Positions 1 through 13,099 of a stretch of DNA of 64,000 nt are shown piece after piece. This stretch comes from Lama glama (Eukaryota): assembly GCA_028534125.1 (NCBI GenBank), contig CM052817.1:89964001-90028000 (forward strand), given 5' to 3'. A model generated the notes under the pieces. It was given only the letters and a program-made list of their open reading frames with translations. It did not search any database and was not told the origin of the DNA. The number at the start of each line of letters is the position of its first letter. Position 1 is the stretch's first letter. A program made the translations under genes and the position numbers.

Positions 1-289
1 TACATATATGCATGGTTTATTGTTATAGTTGTTACGATAAAGGCTGTTATACACATTTGTGCATATATTTTTATAACTTCCATACATTTTTGAGCCTAAA
101 AATATAATGGCCATTTTTCTCATTAAATTAATATACATCTAATTCAGATTTGATATAATTACTGAATAACTCTGCCACTGATGATTTTTTTCTTTTTGCT
201 GCTTTAAATATAATAAAATACATGCACATAAAAATCCTTGCAGTAAAAATTCTTGTATGTATGCTACATCCTGGCTATTTTACTTCTAT

Positions 290-890
290 AAGGTCATTTA
301 AAAAATAGGATTTCTGGGTCAAACATTATAGTATTTTAAATTTTAATAGCTACTGACAGACTTTTTATGCCAATTCCCATTTTATTTCCAAAGGCCCCCC
401 AGATTTCTACTCCATCCATCAGAATGAGAAATCTCCCTATCACTAGATGCTATTCCTTTCTAAAATTTTTGTCAACTTCATGTGCTACATTAGTTTATAT
501 AATTTGCATTTCTCTGATTCTGATTACTACGATTGATCATCTTCTCCTATGTTTTTGGCCATTTAAACCTCCCTTGTTTGAAATGCCATAAACTTTGGCC
601 ACTATTATTGCTTATCTGTTTTTTAATTAGTTTGCATTTGTAATTTTTATGATAAGCATAAATGCATATTTGCCATTTTTTATGGTAAGCATAATCCTTT
701 GTCTACCATTTGTACTGCAAATATTTCCCAAGTTAACATTTCCTATATACATACTAGTTTTGGTATTTTTTGTTATACAATTAAACAAATTATATGTAGT
801 GCCATATGCCTTCCATTTTGCTTTTGGAAGCTGAGATTCCTGTATTGCTTTAGATGTTTTACCCATCTGTAATGTCAAGATTTTTAATAA
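290..890 (-). mobile_element. Ancient L1 (L1ME-like) ORF2 3' region fragment
   Basis: Antisense L1 motifs 'ggatttctgggtcaaa', 'aatttgcatttctctgatt', 'catcttctcctatgtttttggccattt', 'tgcaaatatttcc'. Confidence 0.7.
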
Positions 891-1439
891 ATTCTTGCAA
901 TATTATAAATATAAGGCAATCAGATTTGTAAAAGAGTTGTGTGGTCTAGGGTTAGCACTGAGTAGCTGTGTAAGTTTTGGCAAGATGCAGAGACACTTTG
1001 TAACTCCTGTTCTTACACTTATTTTTCCAGAACTTTGGGCTGATGATAGGGCAAAGCATGACCATGTTTTAAAAACTCAGTATTATTATTTTTTCCTTGT
1101 TTAGGGTCCTTTTCAGCCAAGAGTGGGCCCTAATGATATATTCAGATGTCTTTACATCTTTCCTGGACCTTGATTAATCTAGACAATTTATCTGCGAAAT
1201 GAGATTAATGCACACAAATAGTAAGAGTGTATGCATTATTTGAGATAATGTATTGGTAAGTGAACACTATAAATCAAATAAAATTTCAAGAATTATGATT
1301 AAATTCACAGCTTTAAGTTGAGATCTAAAACTAACTTGAATTATGACAGAATAAAGATGCAAAAAAATGTAAAAGTATCTCAATTAAAATCCTGGGCCAT
1401 CTCTAACTATTATATGTATATGTCTATGCCTCTGGTTAG

Positions 1440-1488
1440 ATCTATATATCTTTATCTATATCTATATCTTTATCTATATCTATCTATA
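1440..1488. repeat. (TCTATA/TCTA)n low-complexity repeat
   Basis: Directly visible tandem tctata/tcttta/tcta units. Confidence 0.8.
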
Positions 1489-1984
1489 GCAGAAGCACCT
1501 ACTATGTTCCAAATGCTGCACTAGCTGCATTTCTGTTAATCCATATAACAACCATAAATCACTATGAGAGAAATTCCTTGAACTGTTCATCAAACTCCTC
1601 TGAATTATTTATTGGCAAATTCACCAATATTGGTGAATTTCAAAGAATTTCATCAATGAATGGGCTGAGGATCCCCACCAACATCGTGTAAGGGCGACTG
1701 TTTACAACCTTCCAATCTTAATTCAAAAGTGCAGATAGTAGATAGAGCAGAACTCACCAAGACCAAATGCCTGATGGCTCAACCCATATTTGAGCTAAGT
1801 ACTTTTTGTCTGATTTTCTCTTGATGTAAAATAGAGATCCCTATATCCTGTCTTGTTCTCCTCCAAGTACTTCAGATTTATAGTCAAATGAGATCCAGCT
1901 TCCTACTGGGTCTTTTTGATCAACTGTTCATATATAGTTGGCTACAGACATACAAGGGTCAGCATTTAACACTCTAAGAATAAA

Positions 1985-2420
1985 ATATTGACTCCTTACC
2001 TTTGTTTACAAAGCCCTGTATCTTCTAGCACTTGTTTCTCTTCCCCTTCATGTTATAGCACCTCCTGTTTGCTCAGCCTTCCTCTAGACCCACAGGCCTT
2101 TTGATTCCTCAAAAATAACAAGCTTGTTCCTTCTGACTGGCCTGAGATTATCACCCCAGTGTCCCTTACCATGTATCAGCCTAAACACGTTCTTTTCAGA
2201 AAAGTCCTCCTTGTCTGTTCAATCTAAAATAGACACCAGAAACTGTCGATTGCTTCTTATTTTTAATTCCCTGCATGCCAACATATTTTTATGTGTACGT
2301 ATTTTGTCTCCTCCAAAGAGGTCCCTATGAATTTTTAAAATAAAATAAAACTTTGTCCAGAATTCTATAATGAAGAGATAGAACTGGCATGCAAACACAT
2401 GTATACTAAATCCAATGCTC
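1985..2420 (+). mobile_element. L2 3' fragment
   Basis: L2-type 'actccttacc...acaaagccctgtatc...caggccttttgattcctcaaaaataacaagcttgttcct'. Confidence 0.6.
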
Positions 2421-2864
2421 ATCTATTAAAGAGTATTTTGTATGGGTTGATAAGAAGAATGTGGTCAAGAATGTGAAATGCTGCTAAGAAGAGCAGTCAA
2501 GTGAAATAAGCTCTGACTAGGGTTTATATGATTTAGTAAAAAGTCATTGTTTGAACTTTGCAGATGTTTATTACCCTGGAGTGATGCAGGCAGACATCAA
2601 ACTGTATTCATTTAAGGACTGAGGAGTAAATAAGTTTTGAGAAATCTATGCAGCATCAAAGTGTGCCTAAACACAAAAGGAAACATCTAAGACAGAAAAG
2701 ACTTGAGTCTTAGATGTTGATAAGAAGGAACCTAAAGGAGATGTTGAGTGATGAGATGGATATTCCATTGAGCCAGGTTTTCATGAAGATGGAGGGAATG
2801 GAAGTGAAAGAGAAGGGTCAGGGAACAGATTTACCATAGTCTAGAGGACAGACAGACAATTAGC

Positions 2865-3050
2865 ATACTGAGTAACAGTAATCTGGAGTTGAACAGACCT
2901 AATGTAAACTTTGATTAGCATCAGTTTCCTCCACTGCAAAATGAAAAATGTAATAGCTACTTTGAAGGGCTATTGTACGGACCCAAGAAAATCAAAGAAC
3001 AGAACTTGATGGATTACTTGGTGCATAGTAGAAACTTGGTAAGTTGTAGC
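2865..3050 (+). mobile_element. MIR SINE
   Basis: MIR core 'tcagtttcctccactgcaaaatgaaaaatgtaatagctac' and tail 'tggtgcatagtagaaac'. Confidence 0.75.
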
Positions 3051-3235
3051 TTTCATTGTGTATCAGCGAGCCATTTCCCAAGTCCTTTCCCTAGTTAAGC
3101 ACAGACCAATATTTGAACCTTCAGTACAAAGCCTTGTGACATAATCACCCTTTATTCTGCCCTCCAGGATAAAGTTCTCCCTAGAGATCTTCCTGTGTCT
3201 TTATCTTAAAAGGGAACATGTTTTCTCCTACTTAC

Positions 3236-3283
3236 AAACACAGACATGGCAGCGCTACAAAGATTGCTGATACAATGTTTCAC
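3236..3283 (-). other. Candidate 48-nt exon with Kozak-like GCTGCCATG giving M-S-V-F (coding part 3247-3236)
   Basis: Minus strand: acceptor cttctcctttcctttcaaacatcttag, donor TTT|gtaagt; non-repetitive context; gene not recognised. Confidence 0.5.
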
Positions 3284-3647
3284 CTAAGATGTTTGAAAGG
3301 AAAGGAGAAGATAAAAATGAGCCAGGAATGACTCACTAGAGGTATCATTAATAGCAATTACTGAGGTGGGTGTTCAACTCCTGTTTATCAAAAGTACAGG
3401 ATTAATTCATGTCACACATTCTGAGGGCAGACATCTCACCCTTCAAGAAAACGAATTCAATTTTAGGCTGTCATATTTGCTCCTGTAATAAATACTTGTT
3501 TGGCAGCAAATGACACTCACTCAAGAAAAGGAAAGAAGGTGTCAAGATCAGAATATAGCAAATAAGTAGCATCTTCCACATCTTCTTTGGTCCTGCCTTT
3601 GTCCTGCTTGTTATTTTATCTTCCACATGTATGTTTTCTCTTCTTTC

Positions 3648-3870
3648 TGAGAGCATGGACTTTGAAGTCTGTCCCATCAGATCAATTCCTTGATCTACAC
3701 TATAAATTTTGGAATTTTTGACAAGTTACATAGCCTGCGCCTCAGGTTATTCATCTGTACTAAGCAGAAATAAAACCTGCATCACAGTCTAGCTGATAAA
3801 TGAAATGGAATAATGCAAGTTTCATGCCTTGTGTACAGCAGGCAAGTTGTGTGCCTTGGATAGAGTTGCC
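3648..3870 (+). mobile_element. MIR SINE, near full length
   Basis: 'agagcatggactttgaagtc...gacaagttacatagcctgcgcctcaggttattcatctgta'. Confidence 0.8.
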
Positions 3871-5714
3871 TTTCTCCCTTCTTTGTCCATTTTATCTAAT
3901 CATGGCACTTTAACTATACCTTCAGTGAAGACAACTCTCAAAAGTGTATTTCTAGTTTCACATTTTCAACTGCATACTTTTTTATTCTTCAAGGGCAAAG
4001 CAAATATTATACCCTGAATCGTAATTTTTATTAGCAAACCATAACAATAAACTTTCTTCCTTTAAAAATCTTCTAGTATCTTATTTTTCTCATGATATTT
4101 TTCAGTTTTATCCTAATCCCTTTCTAGATATAGACTGTTCAAATCAGAATCCAGGCCCAAATAATTTTTAATCAGACATAGTTATTAATCCAGTGACTAT
4201 TATCATATCAGGTTGGTATCCTGGAAGTGTCTTGACAGAAGAAGTTACATAAAACTTAGCAAATGTATTTATAAATTATAGTTAGCAATGAAGACTAAAA
4301 TGTAGATCTGATAATGGGTTTTGGCAGTTATCACTATGTTAATTATATCCACAAGATCACTATTGAAAATATCTTTGACTTTTCCAGAGTCATATATTCA
4401 AGGGGAAAAAGAAAGACATTATACATTTTAACTTACATTCATTACTTACAAGGGTTTGTTTTGTTTGTTTTCATGAAAAAAGTCACCCCATTTATATAAC
4501 CACATAATTCTGAGATAGAGTATATCTATTCTTTTCATCAGTTAAATTTTTCAGGGGAAATAATCTCTTTTCTATTTATTTCTACAATGCCATATCTAGA
4601 ATTACCATTCATTTCCTGGAATAACATATTTACTTTCTGTTCAAAACATATAATTCCTTCATCATGAGCTTACAATTCACTATCAGCATATTTCATATTT
4701 ATCAGCCCTTACATTGCTATTCATAAAAACTAAAAAAAATGCATTTTCACTTAAAGAACCTAACAGCACACAATACTTCTTATATCAGATGGTCAGTGTC
4801 ATGCTACTTCTAACTGTACATATAAAGCCAAACAAATTTGGATGTCACATACTGATTCTCAAGTCTATATTCTATAAAATAAATCATCATATTATTTTCT
4901 GATCTCTATCTTCATTCTAGGTATTCTTCTGGCATGTAAAGATTATTAGTAAAGTGCTTTCAGACACTGAAGAAAGGAACTATACACATAGATAACATTA
5001 TTAAATAAGGGAGTATCTATTCTAAATTGAAAAATCTTGTTTAAAATGTGGTTAAATCTAGTTTAAATGTGGTTCTAGTAACTAAACAAAAATGTTTTTT
5101 GTTTATTAAGCTAAACAAAAAAGTTTTAACAGATGTTATATGTACTACTAATTTTATAAACTTTAATATATCTAACATCTTATACTGAAGCCAACTCTAA
5201 CCCTTGATTTACATGTAAAAGATAAAAGATTTATTTTTACAAAAACTGCTCCTTTCTAGAAACAACTCACTTTTCAGATTAAAACACAAAATGCACCAGG
5301 TCACTTGAAAAAAAAAAAAAAGGAAAAAAAAAAAACCACAAAATGCAGGGGAAAATATACAGTTTTCTGTTTGACTATAAGAAATCAGAAGTACAAGAAA
5401 ATTTTTTTATTCAGTTAAACATTTTTCATTGGTTGAATTTAACCAAGAATTCACATGAGGTTCTAACTAGCTTTATTAAGTACAATAATTTAATAATAAA
5501 TTATTGTTTGAAATGGCCAAGTCAGTTTCACTAGATACCTTTCCTAATCCTGAAGCCTTACTGTGTTTAAAAATTGGACTTGTCTCAAAGGTTTCTGGAT
5601 CCTTATTTCACAAGAGACATGGTTAAGAAAAACATATCTGTCTGAAGTATACAGCATATTGGTAGGGAATAAATATAGTATCTATGCACACACAACATTA
5701 ATAAAAGTAATTAC

Positions 5715-5798
5715 TTAGCATCTTGGTTATCAAAGAAGTCAATTAACTAAGTGCAAAATGCTGGCTTCAGCTTTTTAAAAATGAAGTGTTTCCTGTTT
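5715..5798 (-). other. Candidate 84-nt 5'UTR-type exon ending ATGCTAA
   Basis: Minus strand: acceptor tttgttttgcttttcccaatag, donor CTAA|gtaatt; all three frames are closed upstream of the ATG at 5721-5719. Confidence 0.4.
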
Positions 5799-7371
5799 CT
5801 ATTGGGAAAAGCAAAACAAACAAATGGGTGATACTCTAGGTATTTGTTTTGTTTAAAGAAGCAAAACTTATGGGTATGAATTAAACTCCTGAAATGGTAA
5901 GTCACAGAGCAGGCTCCTATCAAAATTATATACAGTGTTATCCAATCATAATATTCAATGATAATGAAAATCATTCTTCAAAATTAATATTTATATATAT
6001 GCTTTATTATTATAAATGTCTATTTCAAAGACGGTGGTATCAGTGATAATACTATTGGCTTTCCTTGTCTACTTGTGACAATTTAGATAAACCTGAGATG
6101 TATGTATGGCTTACAATAGGGTAATAATTCTCTGAAGTAATTTCTTGACTTTAATAAACTATTGGATTCACAAGGGCATGAAACCTATTCATTTTTGTTT
6201 TTATATTTACAGCTCTAACTTTTAGCATTGCATCCAAACTAAAACACTCAACAAAAATATATTAAATGAATGTATGAATGAATTTGGAAATAATGCTTCA
6301 TTTATTCTGATTTTATTAATTAAGAATTTTAATTTTAATTTTATTAATTAAGAATTTTAAATAACATATGCCTTATATGAAGCCCCGATTATTATTACTA
6401 AGACATTAATTTAAAAAGAGAAAGAAACACTGAGATCAATAACTATCTTAAACAAGACTTAAAAAAGAACTATGACTCAAAACTTCCAAGTTCAAGTCAG
6501 TATTGGCCTGGCCTCAGGAGACAGAGGCCCTTCCTGAAGATGTATAATTAAAAAGAGTTTAGAGTGAAGCTCTAAGTTGCTGTGGAGATAAATTCCACAA
6601 AATTACATCTGTCCAGTTATAGCTGGTTTCACAGGCTTTTTAGGAGGAACTCACTTTTTGATGAATTTTCTACAAACATTTAGACTCAATTTTAAAATGC
6701 CACTCTTGTTATGTCCCTTCCTAATTTATGGCAGCAACTGAAACTAGGATGTAATTCTTCAGTTTTTGGATTTATAGTCAGCACTTTCTTTGTTGGAAAA
6801 CTGCCCAATTCTTGCCTACAAGAATAGTAAGGGAAACAAGGAATTATTAGCTTAGATTGATTGTTTAAGCCCAAATAATTTCCAGGCTAAAAATTCAAGT
6901 AACACTATAAGAGTTAATTTAATAAAGGTAAGGACCGAATTAGAAGATCACAGGGAAAGGCATTTTGTCTTTCAAAAAAACTTGTAAAAAGCTATTGATA
7001 ACAATTTTGTTACCACCCTTGACTGTCTTGCAGATCTCTGACAATCCATAGGATAGCCTCAAAGCTGGATTATGACCCCAGCCAATCTGATAGCCTCTTA
7101 TTTTTCCTAGGTGAAAGTACAAAGTGTAACTATAAATAATTCCTATTTTAATAAACTTGCCTAAATTTAGTCCATCAAAGGAGAGCTGTTCTTTAAAATG
7201 AATATCTTGGGAGAGGGTCTATTTATTCTATTACCAAAGAATTTGGAAAACCTCTTTTATTGTATTTTCTTGCAAACATGTGAGTCCTGCAGAAACAAAA
7301 ATCAATCTTATAACTATTTAAAACACAGACTATTTGGGGGCTAAAAATGGCAGACCAATTCCATCACTTAC

Positions 7372-7521
7372 ATTTTTCATGAGTTTTGGTTCCAAATACA
7401 TTCCATCTTTTTTCTTGAATGAAATCCAGATTTAAGGTATCAAAGTCCAGCACTACTGGGTGACTCAATAAAATACACCACAAACTATAAAGCTACTTCC
7501 CAAAGAGGTTTTCCAAAATGC
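7372..7521 (-). other. Candidate 150-nt non-coding or alternative exon
   Basis: Minus strand: acceptor cccatcttttag, donor AAT|gtaagt; stops in all frames near its 5' end. Confidence 0.25.
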
Positions 7522-8584
7522 CTAAAAGATGGGACCATCACTGGATTGGGACTATAAACTCCCAAGTGACTACTTGGATACCGGCTTAAAAAATCACCCA
7601 TACCTATTTTTTAATTGCACTTTATAAATTCTGAGTGTCCAGTAAATAACAGAATTCCTTACTTTTTTCTTGTGTTCTAAAATACATAAATAATACAGTG
7701 GTACCCTTAGAAATAATTTAAATTTATGAATCTCTATGAATCTATTGTGATATATTTATAGTTTTGAATAGAAGTCAATAAACCAATGTCTGACTCTTCA
7801 TTGTGCCCACATGATTAATCAGAAGCACAGACTTAGGATGACTAAAGGGGTCTTAACTGGGACTTGTGTCAGGGTCTCTGACAATATGTTGGACCTAGCT
7901 ACACAAATTTTAATGTGGTCTTTATAAGGAGTCATTTCTGACATCGATAATAATTCTTCCACTAGTATCTTAGACAAAATATCAAAGTCTCACCAAGGGA
8001 GTTAAAAAAAGATGGTTTTATGTGGAAATGAGTAAGGAGTCATATGTAGGGGAATTACAGCAATGAAAAATTAAAGATTATCTTCAGAGAAAATAAAATA
8101 ATACCTTTTCTTCTTTCTCAAATATAGCATTAAATTAGAAGTCAAACTATCCTGCAAAAGTATGAAATATTCCAGGTACTTTTCTTCAAATATTATAACT
8201 AGAGGAAATAATTGATATCTATTTCACTTTCAATTGCCAAAAATATGGGCAAAACTATTTCCTTCTTGTGTGTTTTCCAAATTTTGAAATGATTATATTT
8301 CCTGAAAGCAAACTCTAAATTAAGTAAGATAAATAAGCTTAACACATGTCAAGTTGGATCTTAAACACATTTAAGATTTCAGTTTACCTACTGAATAGCA
8401 CACATCACACTTAAAATTTAACATTAATAGATTAGAATATCTTGTACCTAGAAACCATGGGTGCAATTAGCTCACCCACAGTACAAAACCTCTTAATTTC
8501 TTAACCTGTAAATTGTCTATTTTTCTGTCATTCAGTGTTAGAGAAGTATAAAATCAATTGCTAGAGTCTTAAAATCATCACATG

Positions 8585-8715
8585 TATGAATCATGTAACC
8601 CATCAACAAATACTAGCTGAGCACCTACTACGCTCAGGGTCCCATACAGGATACAAAGAGGAAGTTCATGACCTCGAGTATTATAATATCTATAGCTGGT
8701 GAAAAAGACATATAC
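8585..8715 (-). mobile_element. L2 3' terminus
   Basis: 'catcaacaaatactagctgagcacctacta' matches the antisense L2 tail. Confidence 0.6.
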
Positions 8716-10028
8716 ATGGAGTCTGTAAGGTTCTTTTTGGCAATACAGTCCTCTGAAACGACACGAAAATTTAAGCTTCAAAACAGGATCATTAGAGCAT
8801 TTACAAGGATATCAAGTAAATGAGAGAATACTATATACAGAAAAAGTTTTAAAATATTTTTCCTGTTCTAAACATTAGCTATTATGACATTATTTCCTAA
8901 GGATGAATTCCAATCAGAAACTGATCAGCTGTAGGCTTTACTCTGCAAATTCAGTGCATATTATTGACAAATTGAGTGAAGACAAGTTAAGGAAGAAAAA
9001 ATTAGACAATACAGATGACTCAAATTTGGCCCTTGATAACATAAGTAATGAGTTATTTTATGGCTAAAACTCAGTCATTGTTACAAAAGAATAATTTTAG
9101 AATTGTCATGGCACTAAAATGACTTTGATAAGCATTAGACCATTGAAATATATTAAAGAATAGAGGATATGTATCTTTATATTCAGTGCTTAAAGAAAAA
9201 GAAGGCAAATGTTTTTGCTTCTGTTTATAGTCCCAATTATCCTAAGTACTTGGTTTAATTTGGTCTCTTCCTGATTAAATCTAGACACATAAAGATCTGA
9301 TGAGAATGCATGTTCCTGTTAAATGCTGATTGAGGATGAGCAGACATGATAAATGGGATTCTTTTCATTAAACTGAGATTTTATACTTTTATTAAAAAAT
9401 ATAAATATTATTTTTATAGCCAAAGAATTGTAAGTTATGCTTAATATGCTTACCTATTGTGTAAAATGCATGAACAATTCTTTAATAGAGCAGGCATACA
9501 CAGATTGTCATGATATTAAAGTCCGAGTTGTTCAAAACAGAACCCCAAATTGATATGGTAAGTGTGGGTCAGCACTTTGATAACTCTGAGAATTCAAGTA
9601 AATTTTATCGACTGATTTAAAGTTCTCTTTGTGATCATTTGTATTGGGGATATGAGAAAAAAAGAGCAAGCCTATGTTTGTTTTATAAAACTTATATAAT
9701 GGGATAACAAAGAAAGAGTAAAATTATTTTACTGGCAGACAAATACCATGAAAGTATTTTGGTTTCTAGTGTTAATAAACTTGCATCTTATTAAGTAGAA
9801 AAGCCACTGAACCCATAAGAATATAGCCTGTGTTTCCAATGAACAGATTTAAAGCATTTAAGATGCAGAGAAGAAAGAACTTATTTTTGATAAAAGAACT
9901 TAAGGTATGCTTTTTATCCACAGATGGAAGAAGGCACTAAGAGTCTGAGAGCATGGGTCAACTGGTATGACTTCTATAAACCGAACTATTTCTGAGTATT
10001 TGTATGATGGACTTTGGTCCAGCTAGAC

Positions 10029-10226
10029 CAGCAAATCTCAACTGCGGTCCCCAGGGGACAGTGGGGAATGTCTGGAGCCATCTATTTGTCATAATTTGGG
10101 GGAAGGGGCACTCTACTGGATCTAGTGAGTAGAGACCAGGGATCTTACAGTGCACAAGACAGTCCCTCACAACAGAAAAATGATTTGGCCCAAAATGTCC
10201 GTAGTGCCAGGGGGAGAGGAACTCTG
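10029..10226 (+). mobile_element. MER20 (hAT-Charlie non-autonomous DNA transposon)
   Basis: CAG...CTG ends; 'ccccaggggaca...aatgtctggag', 'tactggatctagtgagtagagaccagggat', 'ggcccaaaatgtc'. Confidence 0.85.
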
Positions 10227-10251
10227 AGCTGATTCATTGTTTTCTCCTCAT

Positions 10252-10751
10252 NNNNNNNNNNNNNNNNNNNNNNNNNNNNNNNNNNNNNNNNNNNNNNNNN
10301 NNNNNNNNNNNNNNNNNNNNNNNNNNNNNNNNNNNNNNNNNNNNNNNNNNNNNNNNNNNNNNNNNNNNNNNNNNNNNNNNNNNNNNNNNNNNNNNNNNNN
10401 NNNNNNNNNNNNNNNNNNNNNNNNNNNNNNNNNNNNNNNNNNNNNNNNNNNNNNNNNNNNNNNNNNNNNNNNNNNNNNNNNNNNNNNNNNNNNNNNNNNN
10501 NNNNNNNNNNNNNNNNNNNNNNNNNNNNNNNNNNNNNNNNNNNNNNNNNNNNNNNNNNNNNNNNNNNNNNNNNNNNNNNNNNNNNNNNNNNNNNNNNNNN
10601 NNNNNNNNNNNNNNNNNNNNNNNNNNNNNNNNNNNNNNNNNNNNNNNNNNNNNNNNNNNNNNNNNNNNNNNNNNNNNNNNNNNNNNNNNNNNNNNNNNNN
10701 NNNNNNNNNNNNNNNNNNNNNNNNNNNNNNNNNNNNNNNNNNNNNNNNNNN
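10252..10751. other. Assembly gap (exactly 500 N)
   Basis: Run of N. Confidence 1.
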
Positions 10752-10870
10752 AAAAAATGTGACAATGAGTGTGTATATGTCCATGAATGACTGAAAAATT
10801 GTGCTGAACACTGGAATTTGACACAACACTGTAAAATGATTATAAATCAATAAATAATGTTAAAAAAAAG
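10752..10870 (+). mobile_element. Young lineage-specific L1 3' end with A-tail, abutting the gap
   Basis: Matches the reverse complement of the L1 3' end at 46160-46260; polyA signal aataaa followed by an A-rich tail. Confidence 0.85.
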
Positions 10871-12018
10871 AAATGGGATGCGGATTTGAGGTTTTTATAT
10901 TTCATTAAGTTATCTACATTTTTGTAATAGTGTTTTCATGCACTTAAAAAGGTAGTCATGACATTGATATTCCCATTATATCCTACACATTGTGGTAGGT
11001 ATTATTGAAGAAACACAGAAATCTTAGACACTGGCTAAGTTTTAAGGACGGTAGAAAAAATAAGGAACTCAATTTCCCTACTTGCCTATCACATAAAATA
11101 CTCAATATTAATAAATGTGGCTGGGGAAATGTGGGCTGAGGATATTTCTTATGGATTCTTGAATGTCATGCTAAGAGCTTTATCCCTAAGTATGATACAT
11201 GAAGATGTCATTAAAAGCTTTGGAAGTACACTTTAGGAAGTTTAGTTAGGAAGCAATAGGATCGAAAGCTTAATAGGGAGAATGACTATTAGAAGACCAG
11301 TTATGTCACTGTAATAGTTTGGTTTCTTTTCTTAAAATAGAAAAACAGTGATCAGGTATCTCCAGTGTGGTAACAAAAGCCTGCCTGTGTAGTGGTTTCA
11401 GTACTTACAGGAATTACTACATTTAAGGTTTGAAAGAAAGCTCAAATATTTCACATTAGGTACCTTTATATTAGGTATCTAAAGCAAATAACTATTATTT
11501 GAGAAAATATCTCCTTTGTCTGTCACAATGATGGATAATCATATAGTATAGAAATATATACCCTGAGGATGAAAATGCTTTGAAAAATATGTGATTTCCC
11601 ATCTGTTATACAGAAAACAAGGGTGATTCCATAAAATATTGTAGATATGTCAACTCTGAAAGCCTGAAAATAATGCTCCTGACTAATAAAAAATTAAATT
11701 AACAAGAAAAGTAAAGTCAAAAAAACTGAAACTTTAACAGATGCTTAAAGAAATCCTGATATTAATAAGCATTTTGAGGCAAGCCTAATTTTTTGGATCA
11801 CTGAGATCCCACTCTACAGTGGCTGCTTAAAGGAAAATACTAAGCACCATGAGGAAATGTGATAATTAAAGAATTTAGTGGCAACATATATGCCATCCCA
11901 CTCTGGCATTTTCCTTTTCAAGATTTCATAACAGAAGAAATTGGCATGTGGTTGTTTATGGCAACTGTCTTTTTCTATCAAAAGGAGGAAAAACTTTGGT
12001 TTATTAATTTTTCTTCTT

Positions 12019-12060
12019 ACACACACACACAACACACACACACACAAACACACACACACA
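12019..12060. repeat. (CA)n microsatellite
   Basis: Directly visible. Confidence 0.95.
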
Positions 12061-12744
12061 AAAGAAAAATGCCATCATTTATAGCTGGAAAGTTATATTA
12101 TACTTAAAGATACGTATTTTAAAATCTAAACTGAAAAGTTTGAAAATTTTTAAAGGAAATTTCTTTTGACATTGAGAAAATGCTTAGGTCTCCCTTTCCT
12201 CTCAAGTTGAAAGGTATGTAATTGTGAATATTGAGTCCTCAGTAAACTGTAACATTTAGATGTCTTATGTTCCAGTAATTTTCCTTTCAGGCCCTTGACC
12301 AGTCAAGTCATTGGTCACTGTTAAAAATCTGCACATATTCTCACCTTGAGCCACTCTTTCTTCTGTATAAAGTAGATGGCCAGGTGCACTACTCACAGTT
12401 CTGCCCAGTGGGAAGGTATTTCCTGAATGGCTTTCAGAATCACCCCTGAATGTGACTGTCATGTAGCTTTCATCCATTCTTTGCATTTGCCTTCAAATCG
12501 AACTGGCCTATACATAAATGAGAAATTGGGAATTTTCCCCCTCTGTTAGCTGCTGGTATGGACTTCCTACCGTCTAATCTGGGGTAGAGACTCTGGTAAA
12601 ACTGTGGTGGGTGACCTGGGGGGTCTGGAATCCCTGCTCACTCAGCTTATCCATGGCTATTCTTCCTGCTCAATCTCAGATATACTATTTCCATTTTAGG
12701 ATGAACTGCCATTTCATCCTACCCAACTTTCATTACTTGAAGAT

Positions 12745-13094
12745 TGTCTTAGTCAGTTCGGACTACTATAACAAAATATCACCGAAAGGGTAGTTTGTAA
12801 ACAACAGAAATTTATTTCTCACAATTCTGGAGACTGGAAGTCTGAGATCAGGGTAGCAGCCTGGTTGGATGAGGGCCCTCTTCCAGGTTACAGACTTCTC
12901 ATTATATCCTTGCATGATGGGAGGGGCTGGGATCTCTCTGGAGTCTCTTTTATAAGAGCGCTAATCCCATTCATGACGGTTCCACCCTCATGACCTAATC
13001 ACCTCCCAAAGGCTTTACCTCATAATGCCATAACCATCAGAAGTTAGGATTTTAGCATATGAATTTTGGGGGAAAAAGCGTTCAGACCATAGCA
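12745..13094 (-). mobile_element. MaLR solo LTR, MLT1A-like
   Basis: TG...CA ends; 'aacaacagaaatttatttctcacaattctggagactggaagtctgagatc', 'ttcagaccatagca'. Confidence 0.9.
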
Positions 13095-13099
13095 GAGCA

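Noticed and set aside
2682..2718. 12-bp hairpin aacatctaagac/gtcttagatgtt (and a 9-bp hairpin at 22060-22088)
   Set aside because: Too short for a pre-miRNA or MITE; no further support
6311..6360. Duplicated ttttattaattaagaattttaa
   Set aside because: AT-rich low-complexity slippage
10145..10850. Long ORFs (185-206 aa), and likewise the 219-aa ORF at 28636-29295
   Set aside because: Artefacts of translating through N gaps
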